DNA of 64,000 nt from Tubulanus polymorphus (taxonomy: Eukaryota > Animalia > Nemertea): the NCBI RefSeq assembly GCF_964204645.1, contig NC_134025.1, positions 5,394,001 to 5,458,000 of the forward strand. The letters are read 5' to 3'. Positions 29,701-44,700 of the stretch are shown here, piece by piece. The number at the start of each line of letters is the position of its first letter. Position 1 is the first letter of the stretch. Below the pieces are notes generated by a model. The model was given only the letters and a program-made list of their open reading frames with translations, was not told the DNA's origin and searched no databases. The position numbers were made by a program, and so were the translations under genes.

Positions 29701-32700
29701 CATTGATGCGCTGTTATTCCTCTATTCATTAGAACCTTAATTAGGAATGTTAGCGGAGATGATGAGCTTTGATATTTATTAATGACCATGTGAAAAACTT
29801 GTCTTCCGGTGATTCACGATGATAAATAACGTCAGAATGTCCGGATTCTTTGTGAATGCTTCTTCACCTGGAATGAAGCTTTAAAAAGAGTCGTCACATA
29901 GATTAACCCTCTCCACACCAAATGCTATTTTCTGAGTACTATTTTCCTGGACATAACATGTGGACATCTTCACAACTTCAGAGCAGCTTTCTAAATCTAG
30001 GCTACTTGTTAAAAGCAGTAAGGTTTTTGTTGGTTGTCTAGAGATAAATTTTCTGAATATTCAACTTTTAGAACTTGTGTCAAATATTGCTTTATTGATC
30101 CGTAATACTATATGATTGATATGATACAATTTATTGTCGACAATATTAAGCAATATATGTGTTATATTTCAAGGCATCAATAAACTTTCGAGTTAGTTTT
30201 CTCGTGTAAATGAAATGCTGCTCGCCGGCGTTAATTATCTTTTCGTAGAAATTATCATGAATTCAAATATGAAGTGTTCATTCATTGGTCGAAACACACG
30301 TAATCAAACCGTCATTAGTCGGATCTTCGAGAGACGGAAAAAAAAAAACGTTCACGAAATTCCAATTGATGTCGGATTAAGCAGTATTTTGCTTTATCGC
30401 TTGTTTGCAGGTGGCTACGCAGTGATTTATTCTTCGAATGCCCGCTATTATCATCCGTCGTATTCCAATACATGCTAAGTTTAGAGCTTCTGCATATTTA
30501 TAGTCGCTGATCACTCTCTTCATCGACTGACGAACGGGAGGCAAATCCGCTCTCTCATCGTCGACTTCTATTGTCGCGTATTCTTACGCGTAATTGTTGC
30601 CTTCATTATATTATATTTAGTCGATCGAAGTGATTTAGATAACCCGTCATTACGGTCGGTAATTTTATGGACGTACGCGTGTGTATTGAGCTGATATCCG
30701 CAAATATTTATTCATAGCTTCATTCGATTTAGTTTTTGGTTTATTCATTTTAGAGCCCGTGGTTCGAGGGAAGTTAAATGGTCAATAATTCTGATTACAT
30801 TGTCTGGCCTCAGTCAATATTTTCGTTATGGTATTTTATTATATAGGAACAACGCAATTTTTCATTTCAACACGTCATAGCAGTGAATCAAATCCAGTTA
30901 CGCACCCGGTATCAGGTGGAATGGGATTTTTCACAGTTGTTACTTTTCTTGACTTACCCTAAAAAGGCATTGAAATAAATTGGAAAATCGTGAACTTTCT
31001 AATTTTTCTTAAATCGTTTTCAATTTTTCTTTTATCTTTCTTTTTGGATTTTACTATTTTTTCACATCCCTGCACAGAGAATTTCTCATCTTTGCTTCAT
31101 TCTGAAACAGTCGATTTTTATATGCAAGTGCTGGGAAATAATTGACAATTATTCATTGGAACTTATTGGAAACGGATATGGTTTTATCATATGTAATTTA
31201 TCCACCACCAGGCTTTGAAAAAACCTTGTGGATCAGAATGTGAACATATAACTAGGAATAGAATATCCTTACAGAGATGTATCGCTATCAAATGAATGTT
31301 ATAAGTGTTATACAGAGAAATACGTCAGTTCAGTAAGAAATATACTTAATGACTACTTTGTAAACGAATAGATAATTAGAATTGTCTTTGAATTAATTAC
31401 CTAATTGAATATTTGAATATATATGATTAGTCAACCGACTTGTCAAATAGACGAGAAACTATTTAATTCACGTAAAGAATGAAACCGACAATCAAAGAAA
31501 AACGATTAGAGGATTTTTTAATGGCTCATAGCTTATGAGTTAAAACGTCAAAATTGTCTTACAGTTTTTCTTTGATTGCGGGTTTTATTCTGATTGAGAA
31601 GTAATATTAAAAACTTCTTTTTTTTTTAGAGAAAAGCAACTGGACCAGGAGCGTACGATTCGAAAAAAACTCGAAGAAAAGTTGAACAATTCCAGTCTTC
31701 GTGATGTATATAACAGCGAAGAAGTGAACGAAGAACTTCGTCAACGCTTACCGCGAGCTAATAAGAATTTGAAATTTTCATTAGAAATGGACGACGTTGA
31801 CCTTAATACGAGGCCCAGGTACGAACACAGCATTTATTGAGGTCTACCCCTTTGAATCTTGGATGTCTGTGATTTCGCCGCAATCAATCAGTAGCCCTGT
31901 TGATGCTCATCATGCTATTCTATTCCCAGTAATTATAAAGCGATGATTTTGTCAGAAGCTCAATGTCAGATCTGGAGAGAATCCGAGTTGAGCCCGGCGC
32001 ATTTCAATATTCAAATTAACGTGTTGGCAAAAATTGGCTGCTGTCACGTTGATTATTACAGTGCAAATAGAGTATCTTCACTGTAGATAATAATAATCCT
32101 GATCTCTCAAGCCGTAGAATGATAGCTGCGTGAACATTTCATCCCTAACGTCAAATCCTCTTTCAACACAAAGCAATCAGTCAAATGTGTCTTTAAGCTT
32201 CTGAGATGGAAACGATGATCATCGCGAGGAAGTAAAATCCTGACTGATTCGCTGTCTATCTGAAGACATCGCTGTCGGTTTGTTACCGCTTTTGACCAAG
32301 TCCCTGTACTGGGATGTTTGGTTGGAAATCCTCGACTTAACGATGGTTTATGGCAGTAAGCAAGCAAAATTAGGGCATGTCACTGGCTTAAGATTGCTTC
32401 AAAAGGGGCAACCCCTGTAGCCTGTTTTAAGGGATCATTATTTGTAGATGAATACTAATAGACATATAGCAGTGTATCCTATACTTCTTGAAATGGAATG
32501 GAATGCTCGGTTTTTGAAAAAGCGTTATTTTCTTGGAACTAATAGTTGTGAATGTGACACGTTTTCAATTGATTTCAGTAGCCTCAGTCCAGACAGTTAT
32601 ATGAGAGATGTTGAAGAACACATTCGTAAAGTCCAGACAAGAACTGAACAAGCCGTTGCTTCAAAAAGAGGTAACATTTTCTGAATAGAAATTCACTTTT

Positions 32701-35700
32701 GGGTTCAATTAAAATTGTGGGATTGGGTCCTGCTGCGCCTGCTTTAATTGGTTTGCTAGTCAACTTGAATGTTGAAAATGATTTAAATGCTTTGCATCTG
32801 GAATTGTTATGCATGATCCTTTTACCAGTGGTATGATAATTTATTATTGAGACAACAGACTGTCATCACAGGCCCCTCAATATATGCGCTAACATGAAAT
32901 TTCCTAACAGCACTTTTAAAGCTCTTCACCATCTGGTTAAATGCATACAACATATCGGTTTCTGGCTCTTGAACTAGAATTCTCCATTTCAAAGTCTAAT
33001 TTCACTATGATTAGCATAATACGGCTAATTAATTTCAGTACTTGATAAAATGCAGCCCTTTCACTGTTCTGAACTTGTGTTAAGAATTTCATTAAAGCCC
33101 AACGCATCCTTTCCCGGTTTTTGTCGAATCATCTACCGTGATCTTTTGATGATGTAGCGCCGTTTTTCATTTTCAGATGCTGGGGCCAGTAAAAAGTTAT
33201 ACAATCAGACATACGATGATTTCAATCATTCGGAAGATGAACGGTCACAAAATGAACAGAGAAGTAAACATGATAATCAACATCGTGGTCAGGGAAACTA
33301 TCCTGCTTTCTATCCTCCTGCTCCTGGTAGGATATACTCTTTCTGCTTTCACTTCATTCACTTCTGATGAAGTTATACAGAAGATATTGAATTTCGAGAA
33401 TTCTTTCGGCCGCAAAGTTTGGCATCAAATCTGTCTGTTATTACTACAACCTAGTTCAAGCTGTTTTTTATATCAAATGGTTTAGGACTTTTTGAAAATC
33501 ACTCCGATTCCACTATATTAACGCGGGTGTCTGTGGTGGTTTAGCTATGGGTAATGGTTGCTTTTGCGTTGTGGGAATCACATATTATTATCGAATCCTA
33601 GTCTGATGTATTGAATTGTTGAACTATTTATCAAATCTTTAAATGAACCGTTTTTAAAAACATTGAAAAATTTCCTTTAAAATGGTTTAGTGTCACTATT
33701 AGCTATTTTGGATTTTGTATTGATGCTGAAAAAAAAAATCTGGTTAGAGGATATCATCTTAAATAACCGTATTTATTGCATGTTCGTCGTCATTTGTCAA
33801 CATTTTCCAGGTTTTCTACCAATGTACAACTATGCAACAGCACCAATGGCCACACCCACATACTACATGCCTGCTCCAGCACCAGCCTATCCAATGATGG
33901 CTGGGCATATGCCTCCACAGATGGCAGGTGGACCAGGCCCATTTGCAGCCTCTACGCCGACGAAAGGATCATCAGGACCAGCAATGACTGTTGGTCCGGC
34001 AACTTCAACCCCAGATCACAAAGCTTATGCTACACTTTCTGACACAGGGTACTATTCTGCAGTTAGTCCAGATTCCGTAACGCCAGTTCACACTTCAGGT
34101 ATTCAGATTTTCCATTTGATCACGCTGTGCAGCTACCCTTTACACCTCTTGTGAAATTATCTACACCGCATGCAAATTCTTGTCATTGATGACCTATGAA
34201 TTAAGAAACAAAAACAATGCATCTTACTTACAAGCGGGGTGTCACAAGTTTATAACAGCCTAGATTTTTATGCTGTGAACTATGCTCATATTTCAATTTA
34301 AACTGTTATGATATACTGGCATGCAATTATATGTCACATATGCTAATAATTCACTAAATGCAATTCTCGGTAAAATCTATATTTCAGCTCAATTTACACC
34401 ATCACCAGGTTACGGAGGTGCTGGAACAGAAGAAAATGGTATAGCTTCAGTTAATTCACTGGAAAAAGGAAGAGCAAAGAATATGTCTGCAACTGTAAGA
34501 GGAGAAGCCAATGCTAGTACAGTAAATAGTGCCAACATGATGTATGCTGGTATTGATCATAACAAGCAGATCAGTCTGCTATTACAGGAAATTGATAAGC
34601 TCAAAAGCCAAAACAAAAAGGTATGAATCTACATGTTATTGATAAACTTGAGTGTCTACTACCAGAACGTCTTGGCTTCTTACATTTTTATATGCGTTTC
34701 TTTTATATTTGATCATCAGTTGTCTGGCTCTCTTACATTATAGTTGGCTGATCAATTGGCTGAAGCTGAAAAAGACTTCGCTAACATCAAATTAGCTACA
34801 GAAACTAGAGATTTGGAAGCGGAGTCTAAGATAGCTGCCAAAGTTGCAGGTAGATGTATTTGAAATATCTTTTATGATATGATATTCTTTTTTGAGTGTT
34901 TATTTTCACCGTTTTCATGAATTTTCAGCCGTAATCGAAGAGATTTACCGCGCTCAAAAAGAACGGGATGCAGCGATTATGAATCGATTGCGCGTCGCAA
35001 ACGAAGAAAGAGATGCCGCAATCGACAGAATGAAGAAGCTCGAAAAAGATGGGTGAGAAATCTTCAACTTCTATTTTCCCTGAGTTTCATACAATCATAC
35101 AAGCTAAAAGATTACAAATCTTATTTATTCATTCCTTGTAGAATGTTTTTTTGTTATTAAGTTGTATACGTCTATGCATTGTAGATATGTTGTTAATATG
35201 CCCGATGTTGACGGGTACTTATCTGATTTTCCTGGTAATGCAGAAAAAATCAATCCTGAGTCTTCGATTGCCAGTCAGTCTGCTGCACCTATTCAGCAGA
35301 GCAATGTTAGAAGCTTACAGTCACATCCTTACAATAATCAAAATCCACATCATAGGAGCAATCCAAATGTTCCATGGTATATGATAAACATTTTTTTAGC
35401 AATATATTTCATTCATTTTGTTATGGTGCTCGGTTTCCTTCTTTCAAATGCAGCCCCTAATCATTTACATAGGTTCTAGGGTACCAATGCGGTATGAAAA
35501 TGGTGAAGGTGTTTCAATTGCTATTCAAATTTCATGTCTATTTTTCTAGTGGTGTTGTTCTGCTCCCAACAAGAGTAGATATGGAACAATTATACCTGAT
35601 TGTCAAAAACTAATAATTTTTCGAGAGTTTTGGTTTGTATTGGCAGGTCATTTTTATATTGTACAGGGAGGTAACAGGCCTTTATTTTTGTGGTATTTAA

Positions 35701-38700
35701 GTCATCATAGAGGTTTTTGGACCTTTGTCAAGCTTATTTGGTCTTCCACAAGATTCTGATCAGAATTTTTCAGTGCAAGTTATCATTTTATAATAGAATT
35801 TTTGTCATTTTGTTTCTCTGTTTTAGTCGTGATTCCGATTTTGACATCACTGAACATATATATGAACCGGATGAAATGGTAAGGACACCTTGATTTTTGT
35901 CTCAACGTTAGTGCATTCAAATTTTCTGTTCGATGGTCAGCTATTAAGAGTAGTTGCTTGTTCATACGGATTTTATCATATATTTACAGAATGTAGCTGG
36001 ATTACTTAAAAAGATCGATGATTGTGATAATTTCCGTGATGTTGATCGTTTTGGGGAAGTTGTTTCAACGAAAATAAATCACACTCGACATCGTAAGAAG
36101 CACATCACAGCTGAAGAAATGAAAGTTATTCTGGAGGAGAGAGATTCAGCTATACTTAAGGTAAATGGTCAACACCTTTTTTCAATCCAAAGGATCCAAA
36201 AGACTAGGCAGACAATAGTATTAGTTTCGATGAATCTTTGCGTTTGTTTCAAGCACCAAGAATTTGTTTCAAGAATTTTTGGAATTCTACTTGTTACTTA
36301 TATTGATACTTTTTTTTAAAATCTGAAGGTTGCATATTGTATTTTTGGTTTCAGTGCAAGAGGCAAGAACAAGAACTGATGAGATATCAGTCACAAGGCC
36401 AGCAGTATAATCCGAATCCTGTTCAGGATCAAAATTTGCGGGTAAGTTTCCAACCCTCCAGGAACAGGTGCCACCTCCAGGCGAAGTTCAGAACTAAAAT
36501 GATTCCCTCTATTATGGCAAGTAATGAATGTCATTACTTTTGGGATCATGTCTTGATTCAACCCATACTTTGATCAGATACTTATTTCAAAAAGCCTTAG
36601 AATTTGAAGATTGGTAATTGGAGGTTATTAACACAGTTAATACGAGGGCTTAGCCTATATCAATCCATCTTGATATTGCAATAAATCCACTGGAGACTCG
36701 TTCACGCACTTTTGTCACGATTTTTTACAAATCTGTGTCAACAACCAGTGCAAGAATGTCGCTACAACTTTCATACGATTGCTGTTGGCACGTTATTACA
36801 ATCGCTGGAATCTAAGAAGAGGTGCTCTGCCCAGTTTAAGAGCATCAATCGAGTCGAGGAATTATTGTTATGTCTAGATGGTGCTGCCATCTTCTTTCCA
36901 AAATCTAAGTCTACTTTTCATGCGGGAAGAATTTATTCTGAATTAGTACTTATTCGAAAAAACAAATTATCAGATAAAATAATTCGATTGCTTGTGTCTG
37001 GGTCTCGATGACTTATAATCTTTTTCTAAATGTTAGAAAAAACATTTTTTTTTCAAAGATTGCACCTAACGTTTTTGAATTTAAGGCTTGGTCAGGTGGT
37101 GTTGTTGAAGAAGCCCTTATCTTGACAACTCACGTTTTATTTGAACTATACTCAGTTCACCTCAGCCATAAAACTTGTATCTGATTTGTCGGCTTTTTTT
37201 GTTAAAACCGATTGAATTTCCGCTTTGACATGTAAAAATGTTCGTTTTCTTTGGTGCGCCTTTAGAACGAGTTTATGATTTTATGACCTCATACTGGGCG
37301 CTGACTTGTGGGTGGATTATTCCTCTGTTAAATGAGAGAAATGTCGTCTCATTTGTCGAATGTCTTGTATAGATCGCTAAATGTGGATTTTGTCATTTTT
37401 CAAGAGCCCTTGACTGAATATCGTGTAAAGGTGTAGGTCATGTGACATACTGCAGGGATTTTTTTGGACATAGGAAGTCAAGTGGGTGCCTAGTTCATCG
37501 AGTCCCTCTGTAAATTCGTGACTACATATGTTAATGACAGAAAGAAAAGCTTTCCATTCATCGATTCTTATAATTGACGATATTTTTTCTTCGGAGCTTG
37601 TCTCATTTTCATAAGAGGTCTGTACTCGTTAGGGTGGGCGCGCTCAGTGAATCATGCAGTTGTACTAGATTTACTTTGACAGTTTCTTTTTTAGGTTTTG
37701 AACGAGTAATTCGATCTGTATATAACGACACTATTCCTGTAGTATGTTGAGGTCATCGTTTCAGAAAAAACGAACATGCAAATTGATGCTTTTCGAGCTG
37801 TTGTGGTGGGTGGTATTTATGAGTAGCGGCAGATTCTATTACTTCGTTCTGGTTTGTTATTTCATAAGTACCAGTTCTTTCTTCTTTCAGCGTCCATCAT
37901 AATTTTTTCAATGGCATTTACGTGCTTAATGTTACCTCAGATTTCCTATTAACGTGGTACAAAACCTGATATGATTTTTTGATAAATTAGATTTCCAAAA
38001 TAAGTCATTTCTTGCGGGTTTTATTTTCTTTCATGGTGTACTACCTTCGATTATTGGCGTTGATAGTGACTGTCTCCTTTGGCATCTGAATCTTTGTGGT
38101 GACATACGCTAGCATATCTTTGTGATGATTGGTCTGCAGGAAGGAACGCTGGTATCGATTTGATTCCTGAAGGTGCCTGCAGCAAGTTAGTCAGAGGTGT
38201 AATAGTTTGAATGATGAGGGGTGAACTTGCCCTCTAGTTAAATCAAAGTTAGATCACCTGTCCGTCTGTTGGTGAAATGTCGATAAACTTGCGGGAACAT
38301 GGTTGAGTGTGTTTTTGAGCTAGCACGTTCAAGGTGTCTCTAACAATTTCTGTCTCGTCTTTGCCATCGAGAGCTATAGTTATTAATATTCCATGACATC
38401 TCTTAAGTCGGAATATTGCCGTGTACTAGTCATCCACCATATAGAAAACCCTTGAACGCACCAGGAAATTCATAGTATTTTGCACTCGATACCCATGTAT
38501 GCTACACGAAAAAAGAGTTTCAAGACGACTTGAATATAATTGCCTGAGCACCGGCGACTATTGTATGAAGTCCATGTTGCCATCAAGACTTTGAAAGGTG
38601 CGACGGGCTAGCTACTTGATGCATAATACTTCGCTTGAGCACATCTCTTCGAGTCAAGCGAACAACCCCCCTATTCACAATCGACAAGCAATTTCATTTT

Positions 38701-41700
38701 TGCCTACATTATCCCACAACATACCTTGCACTGAGTCGAAGAAGCACTTTGAAAGTGAGAGCACCTTGGTAGATTCCTCCAACTTCCATGTTCGCTAAAA
38801 GAGAACTTCCTGCCCTGATCGACACTACGCGTTTCCATTTCCTGATGAAAAATCTAGTCGGGGATCAATAGCTCTCCTTCACGTCTCTTTTCTGACGCTC
38901 CTTTACCAATGTGTTTTTATCGGTGTTTCCTTCATCAGATAGCTGATAGACATTCGTATTATGATTTTCATCATCTTCGCGTTCGACCGCGGAATGATTG
39001 TCACCAGTAGTTTCTTTTCTAGTACTCTTAGTTGATGTTGACATCGTCGCCATTATACCTCTTGTTCACGAACCTTATCTATTACTTCTAGCTTATATTT
39101 TTACTGAATTGCCACTGCATTGAATGCTGTGTGGAAGAAAAGAAAACTTTTGATTGATTGTTCTAAAAAACCCGAATATTGCCGACGGATCCAGGCTCAA
39201 TGGGAATATTTTGAACAATAGTATTAAGATGATTAGATAACATGATATGAGTGTGAAAATGCTGAAAATAATTGAAGAATTAGATTTGATTTGAGTGTCT
39301 TGGGTGATTAAAGCTCATGGTGTTTTAAACAAACTTGCTTTCTCATCTCATCACCAGTCTTGAAGTAACAAGTCTGAACTTCTTAACTCCCAAGGCTGAA
39401 TCGGCGAAGTGGAAGTGTTTCTATTACCAATCCTATTATTTGAAGATGGAAATCTAAATTGAAGTAGTTAAGCAGTTTAATTGAACAAGCTTGGATGAAT
39501 TGTAGCAGTTCTCAACTATCGACATATGCATGTAAACCATACAGATTAACATCGACATTTTCTTCTGATAATGAACTGGTAATAGTGCACCTTGAACAAA
39601 GTGATGAAAACTGACCGTTTCTATATTGGTAAGCAAAGAAACGGCGTGAATGAAAACAATTTCAAAGATGTTGAATAATATGGTAAAAGAGGATGGGTAT
39701 CTCGGGCATTCAACTCCGGCATGGTTTGCGTATTTTTGTCCATTCATGTCGTTTTCTGTTTGGAAAAATAGAACATTTTACATTCATCCTAGGTTATATT
39801 GTAAGAAGCACTACTACCATGACTACCATCACTACTGCTTTACGTCGGCTTGTCGGAACAAACTCACTCGAAAGTGGTCCACGCTACTCCAGAATAAGGC
39901 GCGACTTTGCTTGATAGCCCTTGAGCACGATTTTCAAGTAGGCAGCTGCATACACTGATTAATATCATTGTAACAGCCATCTACCTCCACCATTTGTCAC
40001 GGGCGCTTTAATCACGTTGCAGGGCTATGATGAGTGAAATTAAGAATTTCATCACTGCGATGTTTATGAGTGATTTTTCAATATACGTCAACATCTGTGA
40101 TTATTCATGACTTTTGTCTCGTGAGTCTCCTCAAAAAACCTTTCGAACGCGTTGTGTGCTGCACCGGTCGAAATGCAACGCTGATCTCATGGACCGAGCC
40201 AACTACTTCAAAGACTTCTGTATTTAACCAGCCTGATCTATCGGCTCGACTTCGCTCTTCGTCAGTGGCCTGTGCTCGCTCTTCACTGTTATTCTTTATT
40301 TTTTGATCACACGTAATGATGATGAATCGTTCAATACCCTTGACACATATCGTTATAGAAATATTTTGAAAACATTGTTCATTCAGTTTTGAATTTCATT
40401 GTGTTTTTTAATGTTTATGTACAGTCTTTCATAAGTTGTTTTGTTTTGTCATCAAGTGAAAGCTGTAATGCCATCGATCTCTCGTTTTTTTGTAATAGGA
40501 GTGAACTCGCTAATCTAAAGTGTACATATTTTTCTATCAGTACTATTTAAGAATGTGCAACATGTCACCATTGACGAGGTCTTATTTGAATTTATTCCCA
40601 TCACGATGTGTTTGCCGGTATCATTACCAGCTACTGGAGTGTTTAGTTTTTGCTTGCCAGATCAGTGTTTCCCCCAAGTCTGTGTTTGCCTTGAAACGTT
40701 GTAGATTGCCTGCCAAGAATCGACAAATCGCGCCATCGCGCCATAACTATCTGTACGCCCCGATAGTGTTTGTCCCGTAGTCTCTTCATCCTTGCAAAGT
40801 ATACATTTGACATCTTCATTGATACTGTATAAATATCATCTTCCGGGCTGATGTTTGTTTGAATCTGGCTTAACCTCTTCCTTGTTGAGTGTCTGTTGGA
40901 CCAATTGAATGCCGGCTCAAGTATTTGCCAATTTTTCATAGGCTTACTTTGCAGCTATGATCTTATTTACTTGGAACACATATCGAAGTATTTATTTTTC
41001 CCCATTAGTAAATACTTTAGTATAGAACAAATATAAACTAGTCCTTCTTTCTATTTACCAAGAGTCACTGATATAGCTATCAGGACTGCAAAATCGCTTT
41101 ATATCATTCAGTTATTTTTTGCCGAAGTTTTATTTGCCCAACACCTCTAAATCGATGGCGATTTGTTGACTTAAACGCTAAATTAGCCAAGTTTAGATAC
41201 GCATCGTTATTCCGTATTGTGGCGTATTTGTTACACTCTTTAACATTCAATTGTGGGAATACTTAATTTTTTTATGTCGTTAGTTCTTATCGACGGAAAC
41301 GCAGACAATACGGTTGACTTAAAAACTGTTGTCACTTCCTTCAGGAAATGTTGCACCTATGATATAAGTTAGTATGTTAGTCAATGAGACTAAAACTTCC
41401 TTCACATCAATTATTATTTCGACTTAGTGTTTCGTATGAAACTGTTTAATGTCATCAGCCTGTATATCGATATTGTTTTTTTTTCTATACGATGATAACG
41501 CACAGCTGTCTGTTTTGAAGATATGTATAATATTCAGATTTATCAGAACTCCATTCAACACGACGAGATAAATGAGATGAGAAAATGTCACATTCCCAAT
41601 AATCACCTGTCGCTATAAAACATCCTGTCGATTTACAGCTTATTTATTACCGATTAAAGAACAATTCAATAATGAGATTTCGTTGATTAATATTCATAGA

Positions 41701-44700
41701 TATGTGGTCTTTTTATAATTCTTTCTCTGAATTTTCTGTGTCAATGTGTTCATTTGTTTTTTTTTGTTGTCTTACCCTTGAAATTTGTGATGGTCATCTC
41801 AGATTTTCTGGAATTATGAGAATGAAAATGAATTGTTATTTGGTGGGGTGCTAACAAATTTTGTTGAGAACCGCAGCTATGTTCATGGCAAATGATGATT
41901 GGCAGTATTGAGCGTGATTCTATGTCAAGGGGTGCAACCAGAGTGAAATATAGACAGGTCAATTAGTTTCAGTAATACTCATCCAAAACTTGTTATTGTT
42001 GTTGGCCTATTATGTGCGTTTTTGAGATCAGCATTTTTCTACGCTGCCCCAATTGTTCTGTACTTCTAGTTGTGTTTAGGACCGAATATGATAACCCATT
42101 GTTCCGAAGAGCTTATTGTATGTTCTTGTATATGTGGTGCAGGGTGGTTCCCTCTTCTCTGGTTTCAAAAAATATAAATCATGCGAGGTGGCAGCGGGCA
42201 GAGTTAAGCAGTTAGACAGTGTGCCCTCTATATGTTAGTCTTATAATCCTAATCGTAAGCCTAATAACCATTGATGAAACACTCTGATATAGAAATAGAT
42301 AATGATATAGAGAATCCCATATTCAGAAAGAAAAATGGAAGGACTAGTAACTAGTAGTTATTCTGAAGATGACTATTTAGATGAAGTCGAAACGTGGAAA
42401 AGGAAATCTTTTACTTAAGGAAATCTTTTCGGACTCGTTTTCTCTTTCTGAATGCAGGATTCTCTATGAACTTGAAGTGTTACTATAGTATCTGAGCGTC
42501 GATGTTCATAATATCGCGAGTAACTTCTTTTCGCATAATTGTACACACTGTACTAGCTACGCGACTTTTCTTGATCATCAAACAGCTCATCTACGATTGT
42601 TGTCAGTACGGGCCCAGTTTCATTAACTGCGGCTGTCTCTTCACATCTCGAGCAAGGGGAAAATTCATCTCACAATAAATTGCATTGCTTGTACTTGAGA
42701 CGAAAGTTGGCGGTGAATAGTGCCGGGTCTATTGTAGAGGACACGGCGTGTTTTGGAGTGTACATCAATATGAGAGGACGTTGAACACGGTTCTCTATGA
42801 CTACGCGGCTCTTCATATCTGTGTCAAATGCATATCTGATCATCGTAATGAACAGCTCAAGACCCATCGTTAAGTGCAATAGAGAAATGCTGCGAGGTTT
42901 AATCGCGATAAAGATACTTCGCAGGTAGCCATGCCTTCCTTCGCTGGTTCTATTGGTTTTTCTCATCTTTGATGAAACGTGCTCCAATGAAAATATTAAC
43001 TTACTTATTTGTGTTATGAAGAATCATTTCGGACCAGTGGTCGACTGAAATTGATTCATCAGCTTATTTTTCGCTTTTTGACTAAGTTACAAATTTCATA
43101 TTCCAAAGGAATATGTGCTTGGGCATTCTGATGTTAATTTCGAAGAAAAACCTATGAAAGTTGAAATTCATCAGTTAATCTAGTTCTGGGTATATATTTC
43201 AATTCTATTTCTAAGCATATACTTTAAAATGGAAATCAGCCGAAATATGATTTCATGGTTCTATTTTCTTTCTCCTGCAGTCTTGTGACATGACAAAAAT
43301 GCTGCGTGACGATGTCATCGTAATGAAAAAAAAATTGAGGCTTTGCTGGATCAGCGCTGCAGCGCACAATAAGCGAATCAAACAGATATGATTCTGCGAT
43401 GAATTAAAAAGATATTCGAATAATCCCCTTTTCGCAGCGGTGGCCAGCATCTGTAACGCGGCTCGGGTTACTTCGATGAATGACGACTCTCGCTGCGACA
43501 CACGGCCTGAAACGTACGTGTATTAGCGAGGGATTACCAGATCGAGGTGTTGTAATAATGAGATGTGAACAAAACAGATGTGTGAAAGTCCGTATAACGG
43601 TAAAAAAAAGACAATCGTTTATCTATTTCCTGTCATACAACGCTTCCCTCGTTGCCAGTGCCGGCGGGCACAGCATTTATATAAGTTGCTTTTGAAAATG
43701 ATGTCATATAAAAGTACGTAAGGATTTCGGCATCTGTTACGGGCAGCTGTTGCGACCAGTCCTTTCGATTGTTTCGTCACGATTATCCGTCGTATATTTT
43801 CCAATCGTTGGGATAGGTGAATAATTTAATTTCGAAAAAATCCGTAGTACTAATCGAGCGCACTTATCCCGTATGTAAATTTCAAGTCAGACTGTTTTGT
43901 CTTGTAAATTGAGCAATGCAAAAATAGCGTAATATCAAATTTCAGTAATTCTAGATATTCCCCGAATATTTTTTAGATGATTTCATACATCGATAATGAG
44001 TCAACGTGATGAATTTATATGCAGTATTTGTTAACAGTATACAAAACGTCATCTCTGCGAAATATGTTGACTTTATCGTATTAAAACAGGTGAAAGCACC
44101 ATTCGAGGTCTGTTCTGAGATCGGGTGCTGTCATTTTTTAACGCACTAGATGAAGTATTGCGCCGAAATTTTGATATCTAATGGGATAATTGAGAGTGAC
44201 GGCGTCAACGTTCAATTGGTTGTTTGGCCGTGGAACCGTACCACTTCGAATGTGCGTTATGAAATTTAGCACGTGGCTTGATTGAAGAGGATAATGGAAA
44301 TAATGAGACAATTTCATAAATTGTACATGTTCCTAATAAAATGCCTCAATCGCCCGACTGAAGAGGCTTCATATAATAAACGCTTGTGTGCGGTGCGCGC
44401 CCATTCTGCCGAACTAATCAAGCATATATTGATGATTCAATCATCGAACTCGTAATGAGATAACGGCGGTCAGTTTGATATTCACATTTTAAGCCGACTT
44501 ATTTGTTTCTATATGGAATTTCTCGAGGAATATTTCTTATTCTAGGCACCATTTCGATGTTGAATAGAAAAAAAGATGTTTTCATTATTAACAACTTTGC
44601 GAATACAGAAGCATTATCACTTTCGTAAAGTGGCACGGTAATCGGCGTTATTTTCGACATGATATTAGAATTGATTGGTATCGATTGTAACAAGTATTCG

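Noticed and set aside
38400-40940. Short ORFs suggesting a nested gene or retroelement in the MIPOL1 intron
   Set aside because: No RT, integrase or other motif, frequent stops and no coherent exon chain.
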